Source: Methanothrix sp.
Lineage (GTDB): Archaea; Halobacteriota; Methanosarcinia; Methanotrichales; Methanotrichaceae
NCBI GenBank assembly: GCA_040770465.1
Contig: JAXGJB010000005.1
Location: forward strand, 1 to 64,000
Direction: 5' to 3'
DNA length: 64,000 nucleotides
Shown here: piece after piece, positions 29,152 through 39,168 of the stretch
Numbering within the stretch: the first letter of the stretch is position 1
Layout of the letters: each line of letters opens with the position of its first letter
Made by a program: the position numbers and the translations under genes
The notes under the pieces: model-generated
What the model was told of the DNA's origin: nothing
The model's database searches: none
Seen by the model: only the letters and a program-made list of their open reading frames with translations

Positions 29152-30209
29152 ATATCCGTCTCGATATCAAGCATCGATCTTACCATGGGGGCGTAGTCGG
29201 TCTTCCTCACCTTCAGCTCTCGAAGGGGCATAATGACGTAGGTCGGCCTCTCCTCCACGAGCCCCGCCTCGCTGAGCCTCTTCACCTCCTGATCCATCCT
29301 CTCTTTCATCTCCACGTAGCACTGGGAGAGGAAGGAGCCGAAGATCTCGCCGGGCTGGATGTAGCTGCAGACGGCGGCCCCGATCTTTCTGAAGGAGGAG
29401 TAGATCGTCATCATCTCCTCGACGGTCGCCTTCGGCCGGACGTTTATGTGGTAGAAGATCATCAGCTCGCATCCGATCTTCGTCCAGTTGACGTTCGCCT
29501 GCCGGCTCAATAGGCCGCTCTGGAAGAACTTGTTCCTCTTCCCCGATATGGTGGGCCGGGAGATCCCGGTCCTTCGAGAGAGTTCCAGGTCCGATAGGGC
29601 CGGGTACTTGACGAAGGCGAGCAGCGCGAGCCTGTCCTTCTCGGTGAGCTTCACCGAGTCCTCCGGGTTCTCCTCTTCGAGGGGGGGCTCCTCCATGAGG
29701 TCGGTCCTGCCGAGCTCGAAGGTGTTGTTCACCGCCAGAGCCGAGTCCCAGGAGATCCGGGTCAGGGCGAAGGGATAATGGTACCAGCGGATCTCTTCTA
29801 CGAACCCGGCGTCCCTGTAGTCGTCCATGACCGGATCAAAGGCCCTCTTGAAGTCGGTGAGGCTTTTGGAGTAGACCATGGAGACGGAGTCGGAGTCGGT
29901 GGCGGAGTGGAATACGCAGTTGGAGTGGTCCACCCACTCGTTGAACCCGGGCTTGTTCCTCCTCACCTCCACCGGAGCGCTGGGCTTGTACCTGGCGAAG
30001 ATCGCGGTCATCATCTCTGCACCCACCCCCACCCCGGAGGGGACGTTCAGAAGCTGGACCATCTCCCATTCCCTGAACTTCCTTTTGCTCTTGAATATCG
30101 TCGATCGATCTACCCCGATCTTGGTGGCGAGATCTATGTCGCTGAGCCCCGGATACCGCGCAAGGCCGTAAAGGACCAGCTTCTCTTTTGACGTAAGTTT
30201 CAGAGGCAT
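29148..30209 (-). CDS. Tandem (double) Lrp/AsnC-like HTH regulator
   Basis: Duplicated LTSKEKLVLYGLARYPGLSDIDLATKIGVDRSTI / LTEKDRLALLAFVKYPALSDLELSRRTGISRPTI. Confidence 0.75.
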   Translation of the reverse strand: MPLKLTSKEKLVLYGLARYPGLSDIDLATKIGVDRSTIFKSKRKFREWEMVQLLNVPSGVGVGAEMMTAIFARYKPSAPVEVRRNKPGFNEWVDHSNCVFHSATDSDSVSMVYSKSLTDFKRAFDPVMDDYRDAGFVEEIRWYHYPFALTRISWDSALAVNNTFELGRTDLMEEPPLEEENPEDSVKLTEKDRLALLAFVKYPALSDLELSRRTGISRPTISGKRNKFFQSGLLSRQANVNWTKIGCELMIFYHINVRPKATVEEMMTIYSSFRKIGAAVCSYIQPGEIFGSFLSQCYVEMKERMDQEVKRLSEAGLVEERPTYVIMPLRELKVRKTDYAPMVRSMLDIETDI

Positions 30210-30347
30210 CTTGGGTCCAATCTACATTTTTTACTATTAATAGATTGCCTTTTTGGCGTTTTGAATTGAATGCCGCCGCATAAAAGCGAGATGAAGATCA
30301 CATTTTTAGCAGGAAAAGGGTCGGGTATCTTCCGAAAAGCAGGGGCC

Positions 30348-31007
30348 TCAGTCGAGATCCGCCGTCATCCGCCTCTCTCGCACAAGAAAAGGCGAATCAT
30401 GCCCCGGCACCACGAGGTCAGCAACCTCCACGATCCGAGCCATGCTCTTCATTGCCAGCTCCCGATCCACGTGGGAGCGGGGAGGAACCCATTTCAGAAA
30501 GTTTCCCATCAGGGGGAGGGCGTCTCCCGCCACCACGATCCGACGGGTGGATTCGCAGACGACGGAGATGCTATCGAGCGTATGGCCCGGAGTCGCCATG
30601 ATCCAGACTCCGGGGGCGACGACGTCCCCCTCCGTCAGGACGCCCTTCTCGGTATCCTCCCGTAATCCCTCAATTCTTCCCCCACCCCGCTCCTCGCCCG
30701 AGAGGGCCCGGGCCCCGGTGAAGATGGCGTTGTTTCCGCAGTGGTCGGGATGGCAGTGGGTGTTGATGACCAGGTCGACGTCTTCTGGAGAGAGGCCGAG
30801 CTTCGCCAGCCGATCGATGATCATTTTCCTCTCGTCCTCAAGCCCGGTGTCGACGACGATCTTCCTGGTTCCGGCGAGGATCAGGGTCACCGAGGACCGG
30901 GCGTCCAGGATCTTCCCATCCTCGTCCCTCTCGAGGTGGCCCGGCTTCAGCAAGACGGCCCGGGGTCGGGGCCGGCCCGATACCTCCGCATCAATCGATG
31001 ACCCCAT
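30348..31007 (-). CDS. MBL-fold metallo-hydrolase
   Basis: VDTG, THCHPDHCG, TPGHT, AGD, PGHD. Confidence 0.9.
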   Translation of the reverse strand: MGSSIDAEVSGRPRPRAVLLKPGHLERDEDGKILDARSSVTLILAGTRKIVVDTGLEDERKMIIDRLAKLGLSPEDVDLVINTHCHPDHCGNNAIFTGARALSGEERGGGRIEGLREDTEKGVLTEGDVVAPGVWIMATPGHTLDSISVVCESTRRIVVAGDALPLMGNFLKWVPPRSHVDRELAMKSMARIVEVADLVVPGHDSPFLVRERRMTADLD

Positions 31008-31067
31008 CAGATCCTCCGCCGCTTTCCGCCAAATTTCAGGCTCAGAGCCGCCCCGGAGTCCAGGAAG

Positions 31068-32408
31068 TCAGTCCAGAAGGGGCGCTAGCTTCGAGATGAG
31101 CCGGTCCACCTGCTCGACGGCGGTCCCTATGTACCGGTGGGGGTCGAGGAGCTCCTCGATCTCCTCGCCTGAGAGGTGGCCTGCCACCGTCTCCTCCTCA
31201 GCGAGAACCTCGGCGAGGGTCTTTCCCTCCTCGACGGCCCGCATGGATGAGCTTCTCATGATCTCGTGGGCCTTCTGCCTTCCGACGCCCCGTTTTGCCA
31301 GCTCCACCATCACCGACTCCGCCATGTTCAGGCCATTGAGGAGGTTGAGGTTTCGCTCGACCTGGTCGGCGTTGATCGAGAGCCCTTCCAGGATCCGGGC
31401 GGTGAGGGCGAGGATGTGGTCGGTGAAGATGAACGCCTCGGGAAAGAGGATCCTCTCGCAGCTGGAGTTGGTGAGGTCTCTCTCGTCCCAGAGGGGGATG
31501 TTGGCGAAGGCGGGCTCGATCTGGGCCCGTACGACCCGGGCGAGGCCGCAGACCTGCTCGGACTTGATGGGGTTTCTCTTGTGGGGCATGGTGCTCGACC
31601 CCACCTGCCTTTTGCCGAAGACCTCGGCGACCTCTGAGATCTCCGACCTCTGGAGGGTTCTGATCTCAACGCAGATCTTGTCGAGGGTCGAGGCGACGAG
31701 CCCCATCCAGCAGATCATCTCGGCGTGGCGGTCCCTCTGGACGACCTGGTTTGAGACGTCCACCTCGGTCAGGTCCAATAGCTCCATCACCCTCGACTGG
31801 ATCTTCATGCCGTTTGTGCCGAAGGCGGCCTGGGTCCCCACGGCGCCGCTCATCTTCCCGACGGCGGCCCGGGGCACAAGCTGCCCGAGCCTCTCCAGGT
31901 GGCGGGCCATCTCGGAGGCCCAGACCGCGAACCGGAGGCCGTAGGTGGTGGGAACGCCGATCTGGCCGTGGGTTCTCCCGGCACAGACGAGCCCCTTGTG
32001 CTCCTCGGCCCGCGCCAGCAGTACCCCCAGAACACGCTTAACCTTCTCCTCCAGGACGGCGAGGGAGGCCTTGATCTGAAGCCCCGTCGCCGTGTCCAGG
32101 ATGTCGTTGGAGGTGGCGCCGAGGTGGACCCACTCGCCCGCCTCCTCGCAGGACTCGGCGAGGGCGTGGACGACGGCCATCATGTCGTGGCCGATCTCGT
32201 CCTCTATTTGCTTCGCCCGCTCGGGGCTCGCCCTCTCAGAGGCCCGGGAGATGTCGTCTGCGGCCCCTTTTGGAATCAAACCCAGCTCCTCCTCGGCCCG
32301 GGAGAGGGCGGCCTCTACGCGGAAGAGGCAGCGGAACCTGTACTCCTCCGACCAGAGATCTTTCATCTCCGGATTTCCGTAACGAAACTCGATGGGATGG
32401 ATCGCCAT
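31068..32408 (-). CDS. purB: Adenylosuccinate lyase
   Basis: HLGATSND, GRTHGQ, GSSTMPHKRNP. Confidence 0.96.
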   Translation of the reverse strand: MAIHPIEFRYGNPEMKDLWSEEYRFRCLFRVEAALSRAEEELGLIPKGAADDISRASERASPERAKQIEDEIGHDMMAVVHALAESCEEAGEWVHLGATSNDILDTATGLQIKASLAVLEEKVKRVLGVLLARAEEHKGLVCAGRTHGQIGVPTTYGLRFAVWASEMARHLERLGQLVPRAAVGKMSGAVGTQAAFGTNGMKIQSRVMELLDLTEVDVSNQVVQRDRHAEMICWMGLVASTLDKICVEIRTLQRSEISEVAEVFGKRQVGSSTMPHKRNPIKSEQVCGLARVVRAQIEPAFANIPLWDERDLTNSSCERILFPEAFIFTDHILALTARILEGLSINADQVERNLNLLNGLNMAESVMVELAKRGVGRQKAHEIMRSSSMRAVEEGKTLAEVLAEEETVAGHLSGEEIEELLDPHRYIGTAVEQVDRLISKLAPLLD

Positions 32409-32574
32409 AATCAAAGCTCCAGATGGTGATGAGGGAGGGGATAAAAGGAGGTTTTGGTCCGGGGCCGAAGAATTGAAAAATGAAGAACTTCACTCCATGA
32501 TCGCCATTCTGCCTCTATTTGCCATTTAAGCGATACTTTTATCGGTCAGTTCGATATCTTGAGATCTGATCACG

Positions 32575-35500
32575 ATGACTCCAGGCCTCGCCTTCAGAAA
32601 CAATCACAACTTATTCTCCAACTACTATCTGGACGAAAGAGTCAAGCAGAATGATGAGTGGCGTGATGACGGAGAGGAACTCGACGAGGCTTTCAGGGGG
32701 ATAAAGAAACTCTTTAAAAAGAAGATCAAGATATTCCAGAATTGCAGCGAGGCGATGTTGGAAGACTCCCTGATAAGGCCTATATTCAGAATTCTCGATC
32801 ACCATTTCGGAATCCAGGAATCGGTGTATAAGGGGGCATACAGGCCAGATTACAGCTTCTTTCCAGACTTGGACAGCCTGGCAGAGGCTTACGGCCACAG
32901 GGAGAGCGACGATTTTTATCTCAAAGCCGTGGCGATAGGTGACGCCAAAGCCTGGAACGTATCTCTCGATAAAACCCAGAAGAGGGTTGGCGGTTTCAAC
33001 ATCCAGAACCCGAGCTATCAGATCGACATCTACCTTCGGAACACGCCGCCAGCGTGGGCGATTCTGACGAACGGGAGCCGCTGGAGGCTTTATCACCAGG
33101 ATACGAGCTACAGGCTTGACAGCTACTACGAGATCGATCTCTTAGACCTCGTCGAGAAGGGATCGTTGGAGGAGTTTAAGTATTTTTATCTGTTCTTCAG
33201 GCGCGATGCCTTCTTGCCTCTAAGGGACGGCAGATCATTTCTTGATCGGGTGAAGGAGGGGAGCGTAGCTTATACCCGAAAGGTGGGTGACGATCTCCAG
33301 GAGAACGTCTACAGGGCGATGAAGGTCCTGGCCGAGGGATTCTTGCAGAGCCGATCGAAAGGGCTCGATCCGGCAGAGTCCAGCAGGCTTATTGAGGAGG
33401 TCAGGGAAAACTCCCTGCGGCTCTTATACCGTCTTCTCTTCATCTTCTATGCGGAGAGCAGGGACCTTCTCAACGTCAAAAACGATCACTACAGACAGCT
33501 CAGCCTCCAGAGGCTGAAGATGGAGGTGGCGGAGAAACTGGACGGGCGAGAATTGCTGCTTCCGATCAGCACAACCTTCTGGGATCGGCTTTCCAACCTC
33601 TTCAGACTGATCAACGATGGGAGCGAGAAGTTCGGGATTTCGAGGAGCGAGTTTTACATCCCTCCTTATAACGGCGGCCTCTTCGACCCCGCTAAAAACC
33701 CATTCTTCACCGAAAACAGAGTTGGGGATCGGTTCATGGCGGAGGCGGTCGACCTCCTCGCCCGTTCAGACAACGGGGAGAAGAAGGTCTTCGTCGATTA
33801 CTCCTCCCTTGAGATCCGCCACCTGGGGTCGATCTACGAGGGGCTCCTCGAATATCGGCTGAGGGTCGCGGAAGAGGAGATGGTGGCGGTCTCCGAGAAG
33901 GGAGCTGAAAGGTGGCTCCCCGCGATGGAGGCCAGAGGCGATGCCAAGAAGGCGAGCGACCAGGTCTCTGCGGGCGGGGTCTACCTGGTGACCGACAAGG
34001 GCGAGAGAAAGGCGACGGGCTCCTACTACACCCCCGACAGCCTGGTAAAACACCTGGTGGAGAGCGCCATCGACCCCCTGATCAGGCCGAAGATCGAGGA
34101 GTGCATGATGAACTCCGGCGAGGAGTTCGTCGATTACCTCCTGTCCCTGAAGGTGATCGACCCGTCGATGGGGAGCGGCCACTTTCTGGTAGAGGCGACC
34201 GACCACCTGGCCCGGTATCTGATCCAGGCGAAGATGACGGCAGCCCCAGAGAATGAGGACGAAGAGGAGGTCGCAGAGCACGACATCCAGTGGGCGAGGC
34301 GAGAGATCGTCCGAAACTGCATCTACGGCGTGGACCTGAACCCCATGGCCGTCGAGCTTGCCAAGCTCTCCCTCTGGCTCAACACCGTCGCCTCGAACAA
34401 GCCCTTGAGCTTCCTCGACCACCACCTCAAGTGCGGAAACAGCCTAATCGGGGCCGACCTCGGGCCGGAGATGAAGGGCATCCTCCTCCTTCCGGCGGCG
34501 AGGGGAAGAGGCGGGCGGCGCGCCGGAGGCGCGGGCCGCAACGGCCAAAAAGAGAAGAACGGCTCCGACGCCGCCCAGTCGGCGCGGTGGATGCAGTTTG
34601 TCCTGAGGCGGCACGGCGAGATCTACAACGAGAAGATCTCCGGCCTCACAGCCAGGGCCGACGACGACCTGGAGACGGTCAAGTGGAAGGAGGAGGAGTA
34701 TAAGAGGCTCAGGGAGTCGGAGCACACGAGGCGGCTTGAGGAGCTGGCGAACGTCTGGCTCTCGACCTACTTCGGAAATGAGGTGGACGAGGAGGAGTAC
34801 GCAGACCTTCAGCACCAGCTCAGCGAGGAGAGCCAACCCGACTGGAGCACCATCAGGAGCTTGGAGTGGTTCGAAAAGGCCCAGAAGACCGCGGATAGGG
34901 TCCGGTTCTTCCACTGGGAGCTGGAGTTTCCGGAGGTCTTCTTCGGAGACGACCGGGGCTTTGACGTCGTCCTGGGAAACCCGCCCTGGGAGAGGATCAA
35001 GCTCCAGGAGAAGGAGTTCTTCGCATCCCGCGACCCCGAGATCGCCAAGGCCCCCACCGCCGCCGCCCGGCGCAAACTCATCGCCCGGCTCCCAGAGACA
35101 AACCCCTCCCTGGCGGCGGAGTACGAGGCGGCCCTCCAGCAAAGCCAGGACGAGAGCAACTTTATCCGCAACTCGGGCCGTTACCCTCTGACCGGCGTCG
35201 GCGATGTCAACGTCTACGCCGTCTTTGCGGAGCTGGCCCAGTCCCTGGTCAAATCCAAGGGAAGGGCTGGGATCATCGTTCCCAGCGGGATTGCGACGGA
35301 TTACACTTACCGGAACTTCTTCGCCGATTTGATGGACAAAGGCAAGCTGATCAGCATCTACGATTTTGAGAACCGAGAAAAGCTCTTTCCTGCCGTGGAT
35401 GGCAGAATGAAGTTTTCCCTGCTCACAACTACCGGCGGAGGAGTCACAGCAGCAGACTTCGCATTCTTCCTTCACAACATGGAAGACTTCGCCGATGAAG

Positions 35501-36633
35501 AGCGCCACTTCACCCTCAGTCGAAAGGATCTATCTCGGATTAATCCGAACACAAAAACCTGTCCGGTATTTAGAAACCGGAAAAACGCAGAATTGACGCG
35601 CAAGCTCTACGAAGCTGCGCCAGTTTTGGTGAACGAAGTTTCAGGGGAGAATCTGTGGCAAATCTCCTTTTTAAGGATGTTTGACATGACAAATGACAGT
35701 TCCCTCTTTAGATCGAAGGAGAAACTGGAAGATGATGGATTTAGTTTGATAGGGAATAAATTTGTTTTAGATTATGAAGTCTATTTACCACTTTATGAAG
35801 GAAAAATGTTCATGCCGTATGATCATCGTTTTGCTCATGTAATTATCACTGATAACGTAGCTCGACCTGGACAGCCGGAGGTTTTAAGCGACGAGGATCA
35901 TCTTAACTATTATCATATGGTTATGCCGAGATTTTGGGTCAATTCTGCTAGAGTGAAAAAAGAATTGGGTGACGATTACCCGTTTGGTTGGTTGATTGGG
36001 TTCAAGAATGTCACCTCTCCGACAAATGAAAGAACCTTCTTGAGCACGATACTTCCAATATCAGGAGTGGGTAATTCCACGCCACTTATTTTACCAAGTT
36101 CAAAGGCTTTGGCGTGTGGGTCTTCTGCTCTTATCGCTAACTTGAACTCGTTTGTATTCGATTTTGTTGCTCGCCAGAAAATGGGAAATGTCAATCTCAA
36201 CTTTTTCATCGTTGAGCAGCTCCCCGTCATCCCGCCCGACAGCTACACCCCAGAGCTCCTCGACTTCATCGTCCCCAGGGTGGTGGAGCTGACCTACACC
36301 GCCTGGGACCTTCTCCCCTTCGCAGAAGACGTGCTGAAAGAGGTCGGGAAGGAGACCTGGAGCCGCTGGTTCCCGGAGAATCCCCCCGACGGCGAGGGGA
36401 AACCCGCGCCCTTCCGCTGGGACGAGGAGAGGCGGGCGACTCTCAGGGCCGAGCTCGACGGCCTGTATGCTCATCTCTACCAGCTCGACCGGGAGGACCT
36501 CGGCCAGATCCTCGACACCTTCCCGATCGTCAAGAGGAAAGACGAATCGAAGTACGGCGAGTTTCGGACGAAGAGGCTGGTTTTGGAAGCCTACGACCGG
36601 CTCGCGCCGCTGGGGTCCGGGAAGTGGCCTTAG
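32575..36633 (+). CDS. Type IIG (Eco57I-like) fused restriction endonuclease-m6A methyltransferase
   Basis: RPDY...IGDAK nuclease, LTNG, YNGGLF, GSYYTP, DPSMGSGHF (motif I), NPPW (motif IV), C-terminal RAELD. Confidence 0.9.
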   Translation: MTPGLAFRNNHNLFSNYYLDERVKQNDEWRDDGEELDEAFRGIKKLFKKKIKIFQNCSEAMLEDSLIRPIFRILDHHFGIQESVYKGAYRPDYSFFPDLDSLAEAYGHRESDDFYLKAVAIGDAKAWNVSLDKTQKRVGGFNIQNPSYQIDIYLRNTPPAWAILTNGSRWRLYHQDTSYRLDSYYEIDLLDLVEKGSLEEFKYFYLFFRRDAFLPLRDGRSFLDRVKEGSVAYTRKVGDDLQENVYRAMKVLAEGFLQSRSKGLDPAESSRLIEEVRENSLRLLYRLLFIFYAESRDLLNVKNDHYRQLSLQRLKMEVAEKLDGRELLLPISTTFWDRLSNLFRLINDGSEKFGISRSEFYIPPYNGGLFDPAKNPFFTENRVGDRFMAEAVDLLARSDNGEKKVFVDYSSLEIRHLGSIYEGLLEYRLRVAEEEMVAVSEKGAERWLPAMEARGDAKKASDQVSAGGVYLVTDKGERKATGSYYTPDSLVKHLVESAIDPLIRPKIEECMMNSGEEFVDYLLSLKVIDPSMGSGHFLVEATDHLARYLIQAKMTAAPENEDEEEVAEHDIQWARREIVRNCIYGVDLNPMAVELAKLSLWLNTVASNKPLSFLDHHLKCGNSLIGADLGPEMKGILLLPAARGRGGRRAGGAGRNGQKEKNGSDAAQSARWMQFVLRRHGEIYNEKISGLTARADDDLETVKWKEEEYKRLRESEHTRRLEELANVWLSTYFGNEVDEEEYADLQHQLSEESQPDWSTIRSLEWFEKAQKTADRVRFFHWELEFPEVFFGDDRGFDVVLGNPPWERIKLQEKEFFASRDPEIAKAPTAAARRKLIARLPETNPSLAAEYEAALQQSQDESNFIRNSGRYPLTGVGDVNVYAVFAELAQSLVKSKGRAGIIVPSGIATDYTYRNFFADLMDKGKLISIYDFENREKLFPAVDGRMKFSLLTTTGGGVTAADFAFFLHNMEDFADEERHFTLSRKDLSRINPNTKTCPVFRNRKNAELTRKLYEAAPVLVNEVSGENLWQISFLRMFDMTNDSSLFRSKEKLEDDGFSLIGNKFVLDYEVYLPLYEGKMFMPYDHRFAHVIITDNVARPGQPEVLSDEDHLNYYHMVMPRFWVNSARVKKELGDDYPFGWLIGFKNVTSPTNERTFLSTILPISGVGNSTPLILPSSKALACGSSALIANLNSFVFDFVARQKMGNVNLNFFIVEQLPVIPPDSYTPELLDFIVPRVVELTYTAWDLLPFAEDVLKEVGKETWSRWFPENPPDGEGKPAPFRWDEERRATLRAELDGLYAHLYQLDREDLGQILDTFPIVKRKDESKYGEFRTKRLVLEAYDRLAPLGSGKWP

Positions 36634-36673
36634 ATCCGGGATTCCTGGACAGCGAGAGTGCTCACCAGATCTT

Positions 36674-37219
36674 TCAGCGATCTCCTTTGGTCGGCCGGGT
36701 GTAGCAGACCCCGTCGGGCCCCGCGATCATCGACATGGGCCTCGCCCTCTCAAAGTCCATCCCGCCCCCGGCGCTGAAGAAGTCGTCGTTCCCCTCCAGG
36801 TGGACTACCCTCCCTATGATCAGGGAGAACTTCTCCCTCAGGATCTCCTCTTCGAGGACGCACTCCATCCAAGCGACGCATCCCGCGATCCCCGAAGGTC
36901 TGACCTTCGCCGAGGGCCGGGGCACGAGGTTCGCCTCTTCGAACTCGTCGACCTCGGGCGGGAAGCTCTTCGCGCAGATCTCGACCGCCTCCGCCATGTC
37001 CACGGTGGGGACGTTGACGACGAACTCGCCGGTCTCCCGGATGTTCTCGAGGGTGTCTCGCTTGAGCCAGGAGGCGATGGCGATCTCGTCCAGAGGCCTC
37101 AAGATGGGCATGATGCAGCCCCAGGGGGCGGCGTTTCTCACGCCATCCTTCGATATCGTCGATATGAGGACCACCGGCATCGGCAGGACCTGTCCTCTCA
37201 TGTTGGGGTTCAGAATCAT
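36674..37219 (-). CDS. Flavin reductase-like FMN-binding protein
   Basis: PMPVVLIST, NAAP, DTLENIRETGEFVVN, WMEC. Confidence 0.9.
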   Translation of the reverse strand: MILNPNMRGQVLPMPVVLISTISKDGVRNAAPWGCIMPILRPLDEIAIASWLKRDTLENIRETGEFVVNVPTVDMAEAVEICAKSFPPEVDEFEEANLVPRPSAKVRPSGIAGCVAWMECVLEEEILREKFSLIIGRVVHLEGNDDFFSAGGGMDFERARPMSMIAGPDGVCYTRPTKGDR

Positions 37220-37254
37220 AGAGAATCACCATTCAGCGTTTTGATAAATTAGTA

Positions 37255-37287
37255 AAAAAGAATTTCCACGGCCTTCGACCGTGGAAA
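37255..37287 (-). terminator. Hairpin plus U-tract terminator after the ABC SBP gene
   Basis: Minus strand TTTCCACGG-TCGAAGG-CCGTGGAAA-TTCTTTTTT. Confidence 0.7.
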
Positions 37288-37309
37288 CTCGTGGATCTAA
37301 TACGCTGTA

Positions 37310-38854
37310 CTACACTCCCACAAAGGAGAGCTTGTTCAGGGCTATCGGAATGCCCAGAGCCATCCCGTTGTAGGTGTAGTAGAGCTCGACCTGGCCGTCA
37401 TGAGCGACGAACGACTCAGTGTAGTAGAGGCTGAGGGCCGGAACGTCCTCGGCGTAGAGGACCTGGGCCTGGTCGATCAGATCGTGCCGGGCGCCCTCAT
37501 CGGTCTCCGTCACCTGCTCCTCCAGAAGGGCCGTCAGCTCGGAGTTGTCGTCGTACCGGGCGCTGTTGAAGCTATCCATGTCGATGGTGTTGCTGGCGAG
37601 GAAGTTCGGATCGCCGATAACCCCACCGTGACCGCTCACGGCCAGGTCGAAGTCCCACTCTCCGACCTTGGAGTCGACGGTCTTCGAGTCCATGGTCCGG
37701 AGGTCGATGTCGATTCCAACGGCCTCCAGGTCCGCCTCGATCAGCTCGCCGATCCTCTCGGCCTCTGCATCACCGCCCTTGACGAGAAGCTGAATCTGCT
37801 GGCCGTCGTAGCCCATATCATCGAGAAGCTCCTCGGCCTTCGCTGGGTCGTGGGGGTAATAGTCGTCCATCTCGGGGTTGTACCAGGCGTTGTCTGGGGG
37901 CACAAACCCGGGGCTTCCAGCAAGGCCGTAGCCGCGGCCCGCGATCTCCACCAGCTCGTCCCGGTCGATGGCGTAGGCGAGGGCCTGCCTGAACCTCGCG
38001 TCCGAGATCGGCTCCTTCTGATGGTTGATCATCAGCTTGTAGTTCCACCAGTGGGCAGGAACCTCCAGGATCTCAAAGTCGTCCTCCAGCTCCTCGATCA
38101 TCTCGGGCTCGATGGGAGCGGTATCCACGTTCCCCTGCTGAAGCTCCGCCGCGGCGTTGGGGGCCGAGATCTTGACGAAGATCAGCTCACTGACCATCGG
38201 CGCTCCCAGATAGTAGTCCTGGTAGGCGACGTACCGATAGGTTCCCTGGACCATGTCATAGTCGTCAACATTCAGGGTGTAGGGCCCGGTCCCCACCAGC
38301 GCATCCTGCTCCCGATAGTTCACTGGATCGTCGACATCCGCCCAGATGTGCTCGGGGAGGATGGGAAGGGTTCCTCCCACCTGGTCCAGGAAGGGGGCGT
38401 AGGGCGCGGAGAGGGTGAGCCTCACCGTCAGGTCGTCGAGGGCCTCGGCGCTCTCGATGATCGCTGAGTCGACCCACTGGTAGGGGTGCTCTTTGGTGTA
38501 GTCGACGGTGAAGACCACGTCGTCGGCGGTGAACGGTTCGCCGTCGTGCCAGGTGACCCCGTCCCTCAGATGGAAGATGTAGACCTGGTCACTCTCCATA
38601 TCCCAGGTCTCGGCCAGGGCTGGAACGTACCCAGCATCATCCTTCCAGACCAGGGTGTCGAAGAGAAAGCTCATCCTCGTATAGCCAGGCCCCCGGGAGT
38701 AGTGGGCGTAGGGTGAGGGAAATCCCCAGTCTCCGGTGGTGTCGGCCACGGTGTAAACCGGAACCGAGCCGCTCTCGTCAGAGGCGGCGGCAAGACCGGC
38801 CACAAGCAGGACCAAAAGCCCTGCCGCCAGTCCCAAAGCGTGCGAATATCTCAT
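37310..38854 (-). CDS. Family 5 (peptide/nickel) ABC substrate-binding protein, orphan in this window
   Basis: Signal peptide; LRDGVTWHDGEPFTADDV, VGTGPY, RQALAYAIDR. Confidence 0.92.
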   Translation of the reverse strand: MRYSHALGLAAGLLVLLVAGLAAASDESGSVPVYTVADTTGDWGFPSPYAHYSRGPGYTRMSFLFDTLVWKDDAGYVPALAETWDMESDQVYIFHLRDGVTWHDGEPFTADDVVFTVDYTKEHPYQWVDSAIIESAEALDDLTVRLTLSAPYAPFLDQVGGTLPILPEHIWADVDDPVNYREQDALVGTGPYTLNVDDYDMVQGTYRYVAYQDYYLGAPMVSELIFVKISAPNAAAELQQGNVDTAPIEPEMIEELEDDFEILEVPAHWWNYKLMINHQKEPISDARFRQALAYAIDRDELVEIAGRGYGLAGSPGFVPPDNAWYNPEMDDYYPHDPAKAEELLDDMGYDGQQIQLLVKGGDAEAERIGELIEADLEAVGIDIDLRTMDSKTVDSKVGEWDFDLAVSGHGGVIGDPNFLASNTIDMDSFNSARYDDNSELTALLEEQVTETDEGARHDLIDQAQVLYAEDVPALSLYYTESFVAHDGQVELYYTYNGMALGIPIALNKLSFVGV

Positions 38855-39168
38855 TTGAAGCTCCTCCAGCTCGTCTGTCTGTCATGTAATACAGAATTAA
38901 GTAATATTCCTCCTATTTATGAATCTTTTGTTTAAAACTATATGTATAATCAGATTAAGTTTGATATTATTGTTTATTTATGCAACGAAAACTGAGGATA
39001 AAAATCTTATTGGCGCTTTTTCCTCCGATATATCACAAGAATATGTCCAGATATGCCAGCTAATTAACTTAAATAACACCTCTTTGGAAGAATGTATTCT
39101 TAATTTCTGATGTACTTTCGTCACAAAGGATCGAAGACCAAACACCGATCGCGAAGATCAGCCCCCAT

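Noticed and set aside
30442-31944. Long antisense ORFs (this 500-aa ORF, and e.g. 5173-6042, 37400-38467, 58437-59519) and the alternate-frame ORF 52108-53481
   Set aside because: Shadow ORFs expected from high GC3 codon bias, overlapping well-supported genes.
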